Counted from the stretch's first letter, positions 1 through 14,159 are shown. The stretch is DNA of 64,000 bases from Eledone cirrhosa (GCA_964016885.1 OZ024753.1:37138001-37202000); one strand, 5' to 3'. Made by a program: numbers and translations. The notes: generated by a model not told the origin, from the sequence alone.

Positions 1-454
1 AAGTCTGATTGACTGAGGTGGTCCCTATACAATCAATGATGAGAGAAAGGAATCAACTCCTCCCTCCATCAAGTGAACTCATTAAGATATTCGAAGGAAA
101 CATCATCAATAATATATAGACTCGGTGTATGTCAGCTACAACAATGAATACGAAAGGAAAAAACAATTGTATGTGTCTGTGTGACTGTTTGGTGTTTAAA
201 AAATATGTAAACTTCAAAAAGTATTACTCTAAGAGAGATAGATAGGTAGATAGATAGAGAGTAGATAGATAGAGAGTAGATAGATATGTATTTAGAGAAG
301 AATAAAATTGGAGAGAGAGACAGAGAATCACTGAGAGATAGATAGAGAGAGAGAGAACAGAGAGATAGATAAATGGAGGTAGAGAGACAGAGAATCACTG
401 AGAGATAGATAGAAAGAAATGGAGATAGAGAGAGAGAGAGAGAGATAAAGAGGG

Positions 455-1495
455 AACAGAGAGATAGATAAATGGAGGTAGAGAGACAGAGAGTTAGATA
501 AATGGAAGTAGAGAGATAGAGAGTTAGATAAATGGAGGTAGAGAGATAGAGAGTTAGATAAATGGAAGTAGAGAGATAGAGAGTTAGATAAATGGAGGTA
601 GAGAGACAGAGAGTTAGATAAATGGAAGTAGAGAGACAGAGAGTTAGATAAATGGAGGTAGAGAGATAGAGAGTTAGATAAATGGAAGTAGAGAGATAGA
701 GAGTTAGATAAATGGAAGTAGAGAGACAGAGAGTTAGATAAATGGAAGTAGAGAGATAGAGAGTTAGATAAATGGAAGTAGAGAGAAAGAGAGTTAGATA
801 AATGGAAGTAGAGAGATAGAGAGTTAGATAAATGGAAGTAGAGAGATAGAGAGTTAGATAAATGGAAGTAGAGAGAAAGAGAGTTAGATAAATGGAAGTA
901 GAGAGATAGAGAGTTAGATAAATGGAGGTAGAGAGATAGAGAGTTAGATAAATGGAGGTAGAGAGATAGAGAGTTAGATAAATGGAAGTAGAGAGATAGA
1001 GAGTTAGATAAATGGAAGTAGAGAGATAGAGAGTTAGATAAATGGAAATAGAGAGATAGAGAGTTAGATAAATGGAAGTAGAGAGATAGAGAGTTAGATA
1101 AATGGAAGTAGAGAGATAGAGAGTTAGATAAATGGAGGTAGAGAGATAGAGAGTTAGATAAATGGAGGTAGAGAGACAGAGAGTTAGATAAATGGAAGTA
1201 GAGAGATAGAGAGTTAGATAAATGGAAGTAGAGAGATAGAGAGTTAGATAAATGGAAATAGAGAGATAGAGAGTTAGATAAATGGAAGTAGAGAGATAGA
1301 GAGTTAGATAAATGGAAGTAGAGAGATAGAGAGTTAGATAAATGGAGGTAGAGAGATAGAGAGTTAGATAAATGGAAGTAGAGAGACAGAGAGTTAGATA
1401 AATGGAAGTAGAGAGACAGAGAGTTAGATAAATGGAAGTAGAGAGAAAGAGAGTTAGATAAATGAAGTTAAAGAGAAGGAGAGTTAGATAAATGA
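455..1495. repeat. 30-bp minisatellite (GAGAGATAGAGAGTTAGATAAATGGAAGTA)n, ~34 copies
   Basis: Period 30 is visible as identical columns in consecutive 60-nt lines. It lies in the intron after the signal-peptide exon. Confidence 0.97.
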
Positions 1496-1528
1496 AGAAA
1501 TAAATATGAAAAAATAATATTTACTTAC

Positions 1529-1589
1529 CCAGTATGACAGGAGTAATCAATAGTAAAATGAATTCAATCAAATGTGAAAATAATCCCAT
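1529..1589 (-). CDS. First coding exon (signal peptide) of an unidentified secreted or membrane protein; gene continues beyond the left edge
   Basis: Minus strand reads CAAA-ATG-G then MGLFSHLIEFILLLITPVIL + G, followed by a perfect GTAAGT donor (ACTTAC at 1523-1528). 61 nt gives a phase-1 intron after a hydrophobic 20-mer, the classic signal-peptide exon layout. Confidence 0.8.
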
Positions 1590-2578
1590 TTTGGTTTGTG
1601 GAAACAGAAGCAAAAATAAAAATATGATGAATCAAAAGATTAATTGAAATTGTGTTCCGTCAAAAATTTTTTTTTTAATATACTAATATATATATATATG
1701 TATATATATATATGTATGTGTGTATGTGTAGAGGTATGTATGTAACTTTTCTTCCAACTTTATATAGATAGATGTAGATATATATATATATATAAAGTAT
1801 GTATGTATATGCACGAGTGTGTGTGTAATGTATGAAGATTTTCGCTGTTTTTTCAACAGTATAACGATATTTGTTTAATCCAGCTGAAGATCTATCTGTA
1901 TATATATATGTGTGTGTATGTGTGTATATATATATAATTATTGAATTTTTTTTTTTAGAAGCGTGGAGTTAAAGTAAAAGAAATTTTTTTTTTTTCAAAT
2001 TACGTCTTTTACGATTTTAAATTAATTGTTGTTGTTGTTGTTGTTGTTGTGTTTGTACAGATTTCACTGAGTTCTTTTGTTGTTTCCACATGTAAACAAT
2101 AGATCCAAAATGTAACTCGTCTTCTCACATCAAACCTTTCGTCATGTGTTATTTCTAAGTTTCGCTTATTTTCGCTCTTGTTCTTACTTTTTCTTCGATC
2201 CTTAAAACAAAAAAAAAATGATAACAATAATAATAATGATATTATTGATTTCGTTAAAATTTAATTTAAAAAATGATTAATTAATAATAATCCTGAGAAT
2301 TCAATGAAATATTGGTTGATTTATATATATTATACAAGTGATTTTTTTTTCCTTTTTGCGGGGTGAGTATATAGGCGGGGGTTCTGTTGTTTCGGTTTGA
2401 GGGGGAAATATGACTTTGTATACATATATATCGATATGTATATATCCCTATTGGGGTATATATTTTATATTTTGATGTCATACATTTTTTTTCATTTTCT
2501 TTTTACTTATTTTTGGTGTTTTGATCTATATATGTACGTCGCTATACATGATATATATTTACATGTGTATGTATGTAC

Positions 2579-2609
<31 letters not shown>

Positions 2610-2640
2610 ATATATATATATGTTGTTTATATGTATGTTA

Positions 2641-2672
<32 letters not shown>

Positions 2673-2771
2673 GTTTATGTGTATGTAAATATATATATTT
2701 GTCTATGTATATGTAAATATATATATATGTCTATGTGTGTATGTAAATATATATATATATGTCTATGTGTG

Positions 2772-2802
<31 letters not shown>

Positions 2803-3310
2803 GTTTATGTATGTATATATATATATATATGTTTATGTCTGAATGTATGTGTATATATATATATTTATGTGTGAATGTATGTATATATATTTATGTATGT
2901 ATGTATGTGTGTTTGTATCAATCCAACGTTTAGAGCAGTTGATAAAATGCCTTTCTATATCAACAGGCAAAAAAGTTTATACTGCTTGACTGGCTGCCTG
3001 ACTGTCTGCCTTGGCTGGTTAATGTGTGATAGAGAGAGATAGAGAGAGAGAATGTTTGTGCTTGTGTATGTCTGTGAGTGTATGTGAGATAGTGAGTGTG
3101 TGAGGGGTTGTGTTTATGTATGTGAGTATACGTGAGGCAGTATGTATGTATGTATGTGAGATAGTGTGAATGTATGTGAGTGTATGTGAGATAGAGTGTA
3201 TATGAGATAGTGTGAATGTATGTGAGTGTATATGAGATAGTGGGAATGTATGTGAGTGTACGTGAAGCAGTGTGTATGTATGTGAGTCTATGTATGTATG
3301 TATGCATGTG

Positions 3311-3410
<100 letters not shown>

Positions 3411-3707
3411 AAGAGAAGGAGTGGGAAGAAAACTGAAAATAGACAGAGAGAAACAAGAAGAGGGAGGAAAGAGGGAAAGTAAGAGAGAAAAAAGATAAGG
3501 TAGTTAAGTGGCTGAGACGAGACACGATGCAACAAGCTTACAGACTTGCTTCAGTGGCGGGTGGTGATAGCATTAGGGTATATATGGGTGGGGGACCCTA
3601 GCATAAGGGTAAATATGGGTGGGGGACCCGATTCTGATGAAAACCTCTCGATCGCTCCCTCCCGTTGTCCGTCTGTTGTTCTCTTACTTTCTAATTCGCT
3701 CACTTGT

Positions 3708-3790
3708 GAAGGTGTGTAGCTTAGTGGTTTGACTGTTCGGCTCACGATCGTACGGTCGTGAGTTCGATTTCCAGCAGCGCTTTCTGTCCC
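3708..3790 (+). mobile_element. tRNA-derived SINE head (family 2), truncated
   Basis: A-box TAGCTTAGTGG and B-box GAGTTCGATTTC; homologous to 21641-21899 and 63207-63325. Confidence 0.7.
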
Positions 3791-3805
3791 TGATGAAAAG
3801 GTCAT

Positions 3806-3991
3806 TGGATTGGCAGTACCGGTAGAGGGTCGGACGCCATGGTTTCCTGCATAGAGTTACCTCCCTTTATGGTCTGAGTTCAAATCCTGCCGAGGTTAAC
3901 TTTGCCTATCATCCTTACGGGGTCGATAAAATAAAGTACCAGTAATGCACTGAGATAATTGCTGGCCTTGTGCCAAAAGTATAAACGATTA
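3806..3991 (+). mobile_element. tRNA-derived SINE family 1 (Nin-domain-like core)
   Basis: TGGATTGGCAGTA... head, B-box GAGTTCAAATCC, core TTTGCC..TCATCCTTACGGGGTCGATAAAATAAAGTACCAG, tail GCTGGCCTTGTGCCAAAAGTA; more than 15 copies in the window. Confidence 0.9.
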
Positions 3992-4048
3992 TATTTCAAG
4001 TTTTCCCAATCTACTCAGCTCAAAAAAGAAAGAAAAAAATAGTTATAC

Positions 4049-4131
4049 CTGTAAATTCAAACAGCCAGCCTTGTAATACACTGAATCACATTGAATCTCC
4101 CTGAGAGACGCGTTAATGGTACACGTGTGTG

Positions 4132-4162
<31 letters not shown>

Positions 4163-4350
4163 TGAATGCTCTTGCACAATAATTTCATCAGTAAGCTGCT
4201 CCGTTGGTCAAACAACTGGGACACTCGTAGTCGGACCCGAGAAAGATCCAGCACGCACGCACACATACATACATACAGGGACACGTACACACGCGGATAC
4301 ATTCATTCGCCCGTTCGTTCTTTCTCTGTCAACGGAGTCTTCTCAATCGG
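4049..4350 (-). other. Possible alternative non-coding first exon
   Basis: CpG-rich unique island ending in CAG|GTATAA on the minus strand (AC at 4047-4048), next to a CT/GA-rich tract (4370-4540). 5' boundary approximate. Confidence 0.3.
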
Positions 4351-4742
4351 TCCCGTTGTCTATCTAACATTCTTTCTCTTCCCCGTTTGCTCACTGCTTC
4401 CTTCCTCTGTCAAACCGAACCCCTTTTTCCCCCCTCTCTCGGTAGCTCCGTTCTCATTCTCTCTGTTATTCTTTAGTTCCTCTCTCCTATTCTCTCCCTC
4501 GTCCTTTCTGTCAGCTGATCCCCTCCCTCCCACCTCTCTAACGATACCAAGCAATATTATTTGGCAGCACGACGGGTTTAAGGTGGGGACAACAACAACA
4601 GCAACAACAACAACAATAGCAATAACCACAGCAAATGATAATAATGATAAAATAAAGAGGAGAGGCTAGTTATTATTGGGAAGTGAAAGTAAAAAAAGAA
4701 GTTTATCAGCCATAAAAAGAAAGAGGAAGAGAGAGAGAGAGA

Positions 4743-4810
<68 letters not shown>

Positions 4811-4822
4811 TAGAGAGTGTGG

Positions 4823-4869
<47 letters not shown>

Positions 4870-4954
4870 AGATAGAGAGTGTGGGTGTGTGTGAGAGTGT
4901 TGATGATGTCGGAACCCAGAGGCGGATGTGTGATAGCCTGACTGTTTTCTTTTG

Positions 4955-5008
<54 letters not shown>

Positions 5009-5032
5009 AATATATATATGTGTGTGCGTGTA

Positions 5033-5085
<53 letters not shown>

Positions 5086-5206
5086 AATATATATATGTGT
5101 GTGTGTATATATATGTGTGTGTATATATGTGTGTGTGTGTGTGTATATGTATATATATGTGTGTGTGTGTGTGTGTATATGTATGTATATATATATATAT
5201 GTGTGC

Positions 5207-5263
<57 letters not shown>

Positions 5264-5382
5264 GTATGTGTGTGTGTGTATATATATATGTATACACAAC
5301 ACACAGACATATATATACACATATACATACACACACATATATATATGTATATATATATATACATGTGTATATATATATATAT

Positions 5383-5752
5383 ATTAGTTTAATGCTTGAA
5401 ATAATAAGGAAAGAGTCTTAACGTCTCGGACACTAGTCCTTCATCAGAAGATAGAATGTGAAATCAAAGAAGAACTAGAAAGATAATGTGAGAAAAGAAA
5501 TGAGAAAAAAAAACACACAAACGTTTATATATATATATATATATATACGTTTGTGCTTTTTTTCTCATTTCTTTTCTGTTTCTTCCCCTTCTCACACTAT
5601 CTTTCTAGTTCTTCTTTGATTTCACATTCTATCTTCTGATGAAGGACTAGTGTCCGAAACGTTAAGACTCTTTCCTTATTATTCCAAGCATTAAACTAAT
5701 ATTTTTCATTGTACTATGACGGATTGCTTTATTATATCAGTTTACCTTTTAC
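5383..5752 (+). mobile_element. Fold-back PLE-like element, family D (palindrome 5383-5700 plus ~50-nt tail)
   Basis: 5383-5524 is the reverse complement of ~5547-5700 around a (TA)n loop; microsatellite flanks; contains a hammerhead. Confidence 0.8.
5632..5667 (+). ncRNA. Minimal type I hammerhead ribozyme (family D)
   Basis: UCUU-CUGAUGA-A-GGAC(UAGU)GUCC-GAAAC-GUU^AAGA. Stem I UCUU/AAGA; loopless palindromic ACGU stem III (dimer type). The mirror copy at ~5416-5451 has GAAA>GAGA. Confidence 0.75.
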
Positions 5753-5805
5753 ATACACCACACACACACACACACACACACATATATGTGCTTTAGTTCT
5801 TTCAA

Positions 5806-5991
5806 TAATTGTTTCTACTTTTGGCACAAGGCCAGCAATTATCCCAGTGCATTACTGGTACTTTATTTTATCGACCCCTTAAGGATGAAAGGCAAAGTTA
5901 ACCCCGGCGGGATTTGAACTCAGAACGTAAAGGGCCGCAACTCTGTACTGCAAAGCATGGTGTCCGACCCTCTACCGATACTGCTAATCCA
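5806..5991 (-). mobile_element. SINE family 1
   Basis: Full-length reverse-complement copy. Confidence 0.9.
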
Positions 5992-6069
5992 GTACCCTTC
6001 TTTTAATAATACCAGTGAGTCGTTAAACTGGGGCCATACTGGGACATTGCCACCAAGATATATATGTTG

Positions 6070-6185
6070 TTGTGACAGCTCACACCTATGCAGGTTTAGG
6101 GCCTTCTCCAAGGCATATCTTGCTGGAGGTGTCTTGGGTGATTTAATGATAGGGACCCCAGTCCTATCATCTCATTACTACAGAA
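6070..6185 (-). mobile_element. SINE family 2, 3' part
   Basis: Matches 21655-21768 (GGTGTCTTGGGTGATTTAATGATAGGGACCCCAGTCCTATCA). Confidence 0.75.
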
Positions 6186-6191
6186 TTTTAA

Positions 6192-6383
6192 TAATTGTTT
6201 CTACTTTTGGCACAAGGCCAGCAATTATCCCAGTGTATTACTGGTACTTTATTTTATCGACCCCTTAAGGATGAAAGGCAAAGTTAACCTCGGCGAGGTT
6301 TGAACTCAGTCCGTAAAGGGACGTAACTCTGTGCTGGAAAGCATAGAGTCCAACCCTCTACCGATACTGCCAGCCAATCCACC
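6192..6383 (-). mobile_element. SINE family 1
   Basis: Full-length reverse-complement copy. Confidence 0.9.
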
Positions 6384-6489
6384 TACGAACTTAATTTTCT
6401 ATTGAATGAGTGAGGAAACGGCCGAAGCTATGTCCGTTCTAGTTGATTTGCTGCGTCTTATACACACACACCGTAGCTTAGTGGTTCAA

Positions 6490-6615
6490 GAATGATAAAA
6501 CAGATATCAGACTTGAAAAAAAAAAACGCAAGTACTTGGTTCGATATGGTTGACTAAATCCTTTTAAGGCAGTGCCCCAGCATGACCACTGCCGAATGCC
6601 TGAATACAGTAAAAC
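6490..6615 (+). mobile_element. SINE family 3 3' end (related copies at ~14078-14130 minus and ~26275-26410 plus)
   Basis: Shared GGC.GTGCC..AGCATG.C.GC....ATG.CTGAAA..AGTAAA tail. Confidence 0.65.
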
Positions 6616-6789
6616 AACATACACACACACACGCACACACAACACACACACACAAAGGCAAATAATAGTAAAAAATATATAATATGAGACCGACTCACAA
6701 GAAGATTTAGTATTGTTCTGTGTTCGTGTGTTCGTGGTAGGTTTATATATACATTATATATGAAACCAGTAAAAGAATGAGTGACAGAT

Positions 6790-6870
<81 letters not shown>

Positions 6871-7722
6871 ACCTTCTTCAATAGTGTGTATGTGCGTTTG
6901 TGTGTGACAGATTGTGTGTCTGTGTAAGAATCTCTTGAATAACCTCATATTTGTTGTGGATAGTAAGTAGCAGGAAGTGTGTGTGTAGATGTTTGTGTAT
7001 GTGTGTGTGTAGATGTGTGTGTCGTGTGTGCGTTGTATGTGTGAGTGTGTGTGTGTGTGCAGATGTGTGAGTGCTGTGTGTGTGTAGATGTGTGAGTGTT
7101 GTGTGTGTGTTGTATGTGTGTTGTGTGTGTGTTGTGTGTCTGAGTGTTTTGTGTATGCATAAGTGTTGCGTGTGTGTATATTGTGTGTATGTGTGAATGT
7201 TGTGTGTGTATGTGTGTATGTGTGTATGTGTGTTGCTCAAGTATGTAGTTTTCTTTCTTCTATGTGTACATATGTTCGTGTGTACTATGTTTTCTATGAT
7301 TCTATATGTTTATATCATTTGTGTGTGTGTGTGTGTGTGTGTGTGTTCTCTATGATTCTATATGTTTATATCATTGATATTCTGTGCGTATAGATGTATA
7401 TTGTGTGCGTTATATACTTACATGTGGATCAGACACCCGAATATCACATCTATTATAATAGATATATATATGATATATATATGATGAGAATATATATATA
7501 TGATGTGTATCTTATGTATGTAGATAATTATCTACATACATAAGATACACATCATATCTATATATATATAGAGAGATAGATATAGATATATAGATAGATA
7601 GATATAGATAGATATATTTCGTATGTTAATATATATATTTTTTTCTTCTCAAAATTAACTTACAAACACAGGCATATATATATATATATATGTGTGTGTG
7701 TGCGTGTGTGTGTGTGTGTGTA

Positions 7723-7767
<45 letters not shown>

Positions 7768-7817
7768 CAGAAGATCCCGTTAAAGCAGCGATTCTTTGCT
7801 TAAACTTTAATCTGTTA

Positions 7818-7873
<56 letters not shown>

Positions 7874-8486
7874 AGAGAGAGGGGAGGGGGAGACGGGAGC
7901 AAAATGATGTATGCATAATGACATTTTGTAAGGGCAAGTCGACTGATATTTTATTTTATCGGAAGAAAGGTATGGTTAACCCCGGCGAGATTTGAACTCA
8001 AAACGTAAATACTCGAAACTAAATGCCGCAAATCATTTTATCCGACGAGTTAGAAACTCTGCCAATCCATTATTATCACTGTTACTGTTACTAAGAGAGA
8101 GAAGGAGAGATGCAGGGGCTGGGTGATCAGAGAAGGATTTTTCGATAAAAGGAATTATCAACTATTTATAGTTGCATAAGAACTAAACAGAAAAAATACA
8201 AAAGCAATCCCCTGGTTCCGTGTCTACTATGAACGCAGACTTAATTTGCCGGCCGGTTTCATACCAACTTCTGTCCCCTTGTGGTCTTTGAAGGTGTCCA
8301 TTGTTGTAGGTATATAATCCAGGAGGTCTCCATTAGAGACTACCTTCCTTTCTCCCTCTCACCAATCTCGAAGACTCTGCGAAGGGTCATAAACATTGAT
8401 CTTCCCTCCCTAACTAACCAGTAAAGAAAAATTCCCTCAAAACAGAATAAACGAATAAGAAAAAAAAAGATTTTTCTCACACTTAC

Positions 8487-9050
8487 TTAGTTGGTTTTCC
8501 AAGGAATATTTAAAGGTTTGGTAAAATCGATGCGAAGGAAAATAATTAATTTTTTCAAAAGCAAAGACGTGTCCGAGTAAATTTTGTAAAAATATACAAC
8601 TGCTAAATCATCCAAACAGGAATTTGTAAAAATAATAAAAAATTATAGAATTAAAAAAAAATTAAATGTTGTCTGTGTTGAACTATCTTTCCTGTTTCAA
8701 GGAATCGTTCGGAAGAATTCTGTTGCCGTTCTTCAGATGTTGTTCTTTTTTCTTTGGCGCTTATGTGAGTGTAGGTTAAAGTTTCCGGATCATAAGAGGC
8801 GAGTTTTCGAATGGAAACCCTGCTGGTCACAACATGAGTATTTATTCGCTGTTCAGTTCTGGTAAATAATCACGTGATTTTGCTTCTGTTGTTATCGTCC
8901 ACGCCATTCTGACCTGTCCACTACTACCCACGCCAGTTGGTTGGCTGGTTGGTTGGTTTGTTGGCTGGTTGGTTGGTTGGTTGGCTGGTTGGTGTTTGGT
9001 CAGATCATTTTGAGTGTCTTCTTCCGTTTTTGCATCTTAAAGTGGTCAGT
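8487..9050 (-). other. Probable 5'UTR (non-coding) exon of the minus-strand gene
   Basis: Unique, relatively CpG-rich sequence ending in AA|GTAAGT on the minus strand (ACTTAC at 8481-8486), with a CT/GA-rich tract upstream (9090-9240). 5' boundary approximate. Confidence 0.45.
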
Positions 9051-9339
9051 TTAATTTGAAGAAGAAAAAAAATAACAAACAACAAATTACCCCCACTCCC
9101 TTCCATATTCCCCTCTCTTTCTCTCTTCATTTTTCCTTCTCTCATTTTTCAAAACGCCCAATATCTCCCCCTCCCCTTTCTCTCCACCACTGCCCTCAAC
9201 ACTCTAATGCAATCTCCTCTGATTTTAACCCCCTCACACTTCATCTTAAATACACAAACAACATATGCACACAAACAACACATGCACACAAACACACCAT
9301 TTGGATTGGTCAGATCTGTGGTGGTATGATATACAGATG

Positions 9340-9763
9340 GATTAGGATTGGCAGTATCAGTAGAGGGTTGGACGCCATGCTTTCTAGTATAGTTACGTCT
9401 CTTTACGGCTTGAGTTCAAATCCCGTCGAGGTTAACTTTGCCTTTCATCCTTACGGGGTTGATAAAATAAAGTACCAGTAATTTACTGGGTGATTGCTGG
9501 CCTTGTACCAAAAGTAGAAACAATTATTTAATGACGAGTTTCAGTGTTCTGATTTCAAATCGTGGCTGGATCAACGGTGGATTGGTAGTATCGGCAGAGG
9601 GTCGGACGCCATGCTTTACAGCAAAGAGTTACGGCCCTTTATGGTCTGATTTCAAATCCTACCGAGGTTAACTTTGCCTTTCATCCTTACGGGGTCGATA
9701 AAATAAAGAACCAGTAATACACTGGGATAATTGCTGGCCTTGTGCCAAAAGTAGAAACAATTA
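9340..9763 (+). mobile_element. Two tandem SINE family 1 copies (9340-9527, 9577-9763), followed by degenerate copies to ~10030
   Basis: Same head, B-box, core and tail as 3806-3991. Confidence 0.9.
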
Positions 9764-10572
9764 TATTCAATCGTTAATCGTTCAGGAGCCATTTAAAGAC
9801 GTCTAATTATGCTCATTAGGTGGCGAGTTGGTGGAGTGGTTAGGGTGTCTGTTCCACATCTCTGCTCTCTGTTAAAATCCTGCCGTAGTTGAGTTCGCCT
9901 TTCTTCTTTTCAGGGTCGATAAATAAAGTACTGGTACAGGGGAGATGGATTAGCGGATTTCTTAAATAGTTGGATGGGATGCTTTGCAGTATTTTCTCCG
10001 GCTCTATGCATTCTTAGTTCAAATCCTGCCTCCTTCTATGAGGAATTGTGCGCGGCTGATACTATCTGAAATTAAAAACTAATGGAAACATTGTTTCTTT
10101 GGTCCAATCTAACTATCGAAAACACTCGTCATCGGAACTGACGGAGATCCATCTTTATAATGTATCTATAAAACCGAATTATTCGCGTTTCATTAAGCAC
10201 TTATTCTTCTCTTTCTTGAGCTCTCAGGTCGACACATGACTTCCCTCCGGGACTTCCTTGACAAGTGCTCTCTACATATCAAGAGATATTCTTGGGTGGT
10301 TTCAAGTATTTTTCTAAAAGGCACCACCATGCCGGTTCAATACAGACAAGTTGGCTACATCCCTCTGGCTACATAGAACGTAAACTGCCGGAACAAATAC
10401 CACACAGCTTATTTGCCCAACATTCTAACAATTTTACAAACCTATCTCCTTCGATTGCTGTTTTATTTCATCGACTCCGGAAGAACCCTAGCTAAAGTTC
10501 ACCACATAAGCCTTGGGCATCACAAATGATTATTGTTTCTTTTCGTTCAGCATTCTAACAATTCCTCTAACT

Positions 10573-10738
10573 CAGGGTTTCCTAAACTTTTACAAATGCG
10601 GAACCCTTCTTGGTTCAGAAACTTTTGGGGGAACCCCAAAATCTAATACTGTTATATGGTCGTAATATAAATATACTCCTCTACCTTTTTCACGGAACCC
10701 TTGATACTCCTTTGCGGAACTCACTTTGGGAACCACTG
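10573..10738. mobile_element. hAT (Charlie-like) MITE
   Basis: Termini CAGGGTTTCCTAAA / TTTGGGAACCACTG; 8-bp TSD CTCTAACT / CTCTAACC; internal GGAACCC subterminal repeats. Confidence 0.8.
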
Positions 10739-11536
10739 CTCTAACCCATCACTTCGACTGGTACTTTATTCTATCGACCCCGGATGGATCTTAGTTAAAG
10801 TTGACCACAGCGAGATCTAAATCCAGAAAGCGAAGTGCTAGAACAAACAGGTAGAGTAAGGTATTCAGTTTGTACGACTTTTTAACGGTTCCTCCAATTC
10901 ACCGCCTTTTAAGCACATTTATGACTTGTTAAATGTTGCACAGATATTCTATGGATTTATGTGTTGGGGAAGAGATTTAGGTTAGTGAGGGACAATAAAG
11001 TATTGGATTGAATATGTTACTGGAGTTACTTTTGACTCCGATACACACTACACCCATTCCGGTTTCCTTTAACATTTAAAGGGCACAGAGTTTAGTTACA
11101 AAGGAACAGCTATTGTGTTTCAAGTTTTGAATATTATCATATGTATTTTGAAAATAATACAGAAGCCGATTATTAATGGAACATTTATTTAAATTAGGAT
11201 CTTTTAGAAACACACACAAGCAAGTTGATGGGGGGGGGGGGGGGATTACAAATAGGGAAAAAATATGTATATCCTCATGTCAGTCACGAATGAACAAAAC
11301 TATAGTATCAACGACTATATTAATGTGTCCTATATCACCTGATTTTAATTCCAGTATGACTTTGGAACTATATTTAGAAGATCATACGATCGTTTTGTGG
11401 TTTTTCCGTTTGGATAAGTGTTATGAAGAGCTTGTAATAAACAGGGTGGACGTCATATGTTGTAGATACAGAAATATCAAACGTAGTTACATTCTGTTAA
11501 AGCAATATATCGCAATGAACTAGTCATACAACATTT

Positions 11537-11715
11537 ACAGCATAGAGTCACGACCCTTTACGTTCTGAATCCAAATCCTGCCGAAGTTAACTTTACCTTT
11601 CATCCTTACGAGTTCGTTAAAATAAAGTATTATATCAGTCACGGACTGGGGTCGATTTAATCGACTTTCCCCCCTCCCCAAAATTGCTGGCCTTGTGCTT
11701 AAATCAGAAACCATT
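11537..11715 (+). mobile_element. SINE family 1, long variant, 5'-truncated
   Basis: Core plus an extra CTGGGGTCGATTTAATCGACTTTCCCC segment also seen at 39.8 kb and 63.0 kb. Confidence 0.8.
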
Positions 11716-12524
11716 CTTTTAAACAAAATATATTATAATGCAATCTTATAAGCAACTCGACTTCACTGGAACTTGCTGAATAAAGGCAATCTATCATATT
11801 ATAAAGCTGTGGGTGGTTTGCTTTTTGAAGTGATGTGGATTTTTTGACTTTCCGGGTTTTATCTTATTTTATTCCATTTTATTCTATTTTATTTTAATAT
11901 ACCCGCTGTTTAAATTCATTCTCAACGCAGAAGTTTGTAAAGCAACCTGTTGAAATTCGGAACAAGAGTTAATTTAGCAAAAAGACATACTTTTGCGTAT
12001 TATTTGTTTATTTGCGCCAGCTTCAAAGTAATCTCATAATAGGTTTTCGTTGGAAGAAAAGAATATTTTAAATAAAAATCAACTGAAAGTAAACATGAAA
12101 TCAAATCATGTTAGTATAAAATTCCATTCTAAAGAACAAACTGTTTGTGGGGGGATGAGGTGGGGTATCAGTTACTTAAGCTTTTAAGGTTTGGTCATTA
12201 CGATGGCGTTTCGATGTCGTTTTGTTTATGATATTAAAAGATAAGGAAAGGGAAATGGTTGATATCAAATAAATCATGACTCCTTCTATTTAGAAAAATA
12301 AAAAATAAAAAATTTCAAATTTTTCTATAGCAAGCAGTATGTTTTTTTATATAAACGCGTGAAATTTTGGGTGTAAAATACTAAAATTGTATATAATTTT
12401 TATTAAACATAGTTTTAATAGACTACATGTATATTGATAATGATAAAAACAGTAGTTAACGCCGATCAAACTGATAACAAATCATAGGAACATTTCAGTA
12501 TTTTTTGTCTGTCTCTATTTCACT

Positions 12525-12604
12525 TTGAGTAATGGTTAATGTGTTCGCACGGTACGCGAGAGATACGGAGTTCGATTCTCTGTGGCTGCAGGCCTCTTTT
12601 TTTT
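12525..12604 (+). pseudogene. tRNA-like pseudogene or SINE head
   Basis: Anticodon-like arm TTCGC-ACGGTAC-GCGAG, T-arm CGGAG-TTCGATT-CTCTG, downstream T-run; acceptor stem not recoverable. Confidence 0.45.
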
Positions 12605-12906
12605 CTCCACATGGGCCTTTTTTCCGATTATTAATAGTCACCATCTATTGTTAAAGGTATTTCCTGCGTTTGGAATTGCTACATTTACATATATACATAT
12701 ATATATACCGAGTATCAAGTATTTTATTGAATAATGATCTTGTCTTACCAGTTTAAATCTGGTAAAAGCCTGATGTCTCTCTCTTGTTCCTTTTTTTCAC
12801 TATATATATATATATATTACGAGGGTAAAATTTACATAGGGTGATCAATATACTTTCATAGAGTGACCAAATGAGGTTTATTTTTCAACATAGTCCCTGG
12901 AAAGAA

Positions 12907-13195
12907 ACATCTCCATTTCCGTTGATGGATGATCACTTTCTAACCTATACTTTGTTCATGATATTGACCTGTTAGGAAGCAATGAAGTTGAACGCCTGGA
13001 GCTCACCTCCAGACTGGAAAAAGTGTCAGTAGCATACGGAATAAAGATCAGCTCAGAAAAGAGTAAGATTTGGGTTAGTCAAAACCAGAACCAACATCAT
13101 ACTGAACGGAGGAAAACTTAAAGAAGCGCACACCAAGCACGTACGATCCACTTTGATCAAGGACAGCAGACTCAGTAATAATTTGCTGCGTATTA
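12907..13195 (+). mobile_element. RTE-clade LINE reverse transcriptase relic
   Basis: Translates SISVDG*SLSNLYFVHDIDLLGSNEVERLELTSRLEKVSVAYGIKISSEKSKIWV, a decayed NLRFADDIDL...YGMEIS.EKSK.MV segment, with a stop and frameshift. Confidence 0.85.
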
Positions 13196-14159
13196 ATTTT
13201 GATAACTGCAAATATATATTTTTATTTGTTGGCCATTAATTTTCGTAATTGCAAATTCTGTAGTCTCAAATAGAATAAGCAACTTCTGTTTGAAATATGT
13301 AAATAAATGAATAGATAAATTCTTAAGACGAAGAACAAGAACAAGAAAAACATTGATAACAACTATAAACATAGGAACAAACAAGAAATGTAGTGACATC
13401 TATTGGCCAAGAAGTTACTTGTAATGGTGGATGTCCTTCATTCTTATATTCACGTATCTCTTATGTCGATCTAGTCGTGTCACTTAGGACCAATATGTTC
13501 AAACAAGAAACGCTTTTATGAATTCTTCCCCCGCACCCAAACTCTGCATGGCATGTTTACTACTACAACGGTTGCCTTTTATCGAGTGACATAATAATAA
13601 TAATAAAAATAATAATAATAATAATAAGAAGAAGAACAACAACAACAGTACTGATATTAATAATAATAACGTTGAGAGTTATGATGATGATGATAGTAAC
13701 ATCGATGATTTTGGTTCGTTAAAAAGAAAAATAAACGTTTTAAAGACAAGGTTTCTTCCATCATTAAAACATTTTTCATTTCACTTTCTCTTTCTTCTGC
13801 ATATTCCTTCCTCCCTTCCTTACTCTCTTCTCTCTTTACTTCCTTCATTTATTTATATATTTGTGTATTTAATAATCTATTTATTCTTGTATATTTGTCT
13901 CTGTAATTTTTTTTCTTGTATAACAGAAAATGGCCGCCTTCTGATCGTTGAAGCCTTTCAAAATTTATGGGCGTATTAAGCTTAGAGAAATAAACTACTC
14001 CGCCTTCTGTTTCTGAGTATCCTACCCTTCCCCACGTGCTCCCTTCTTCATTTCGTCCCCACTATATATATATATATTCTTTTACCTGTTTCAGCCATCC
14101 GGCTGAGGCCATGCTGGGGCACCGCCCTTGACTATATATATATATATATATATATATAA

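Noticed and set aside
8651-8870. ~70-codon minus-strand open frame (..VVTSRVSIRKLASYDPETL..)
   Set aside because: No ATG or recognisable motif; better explained as UTR sequence.
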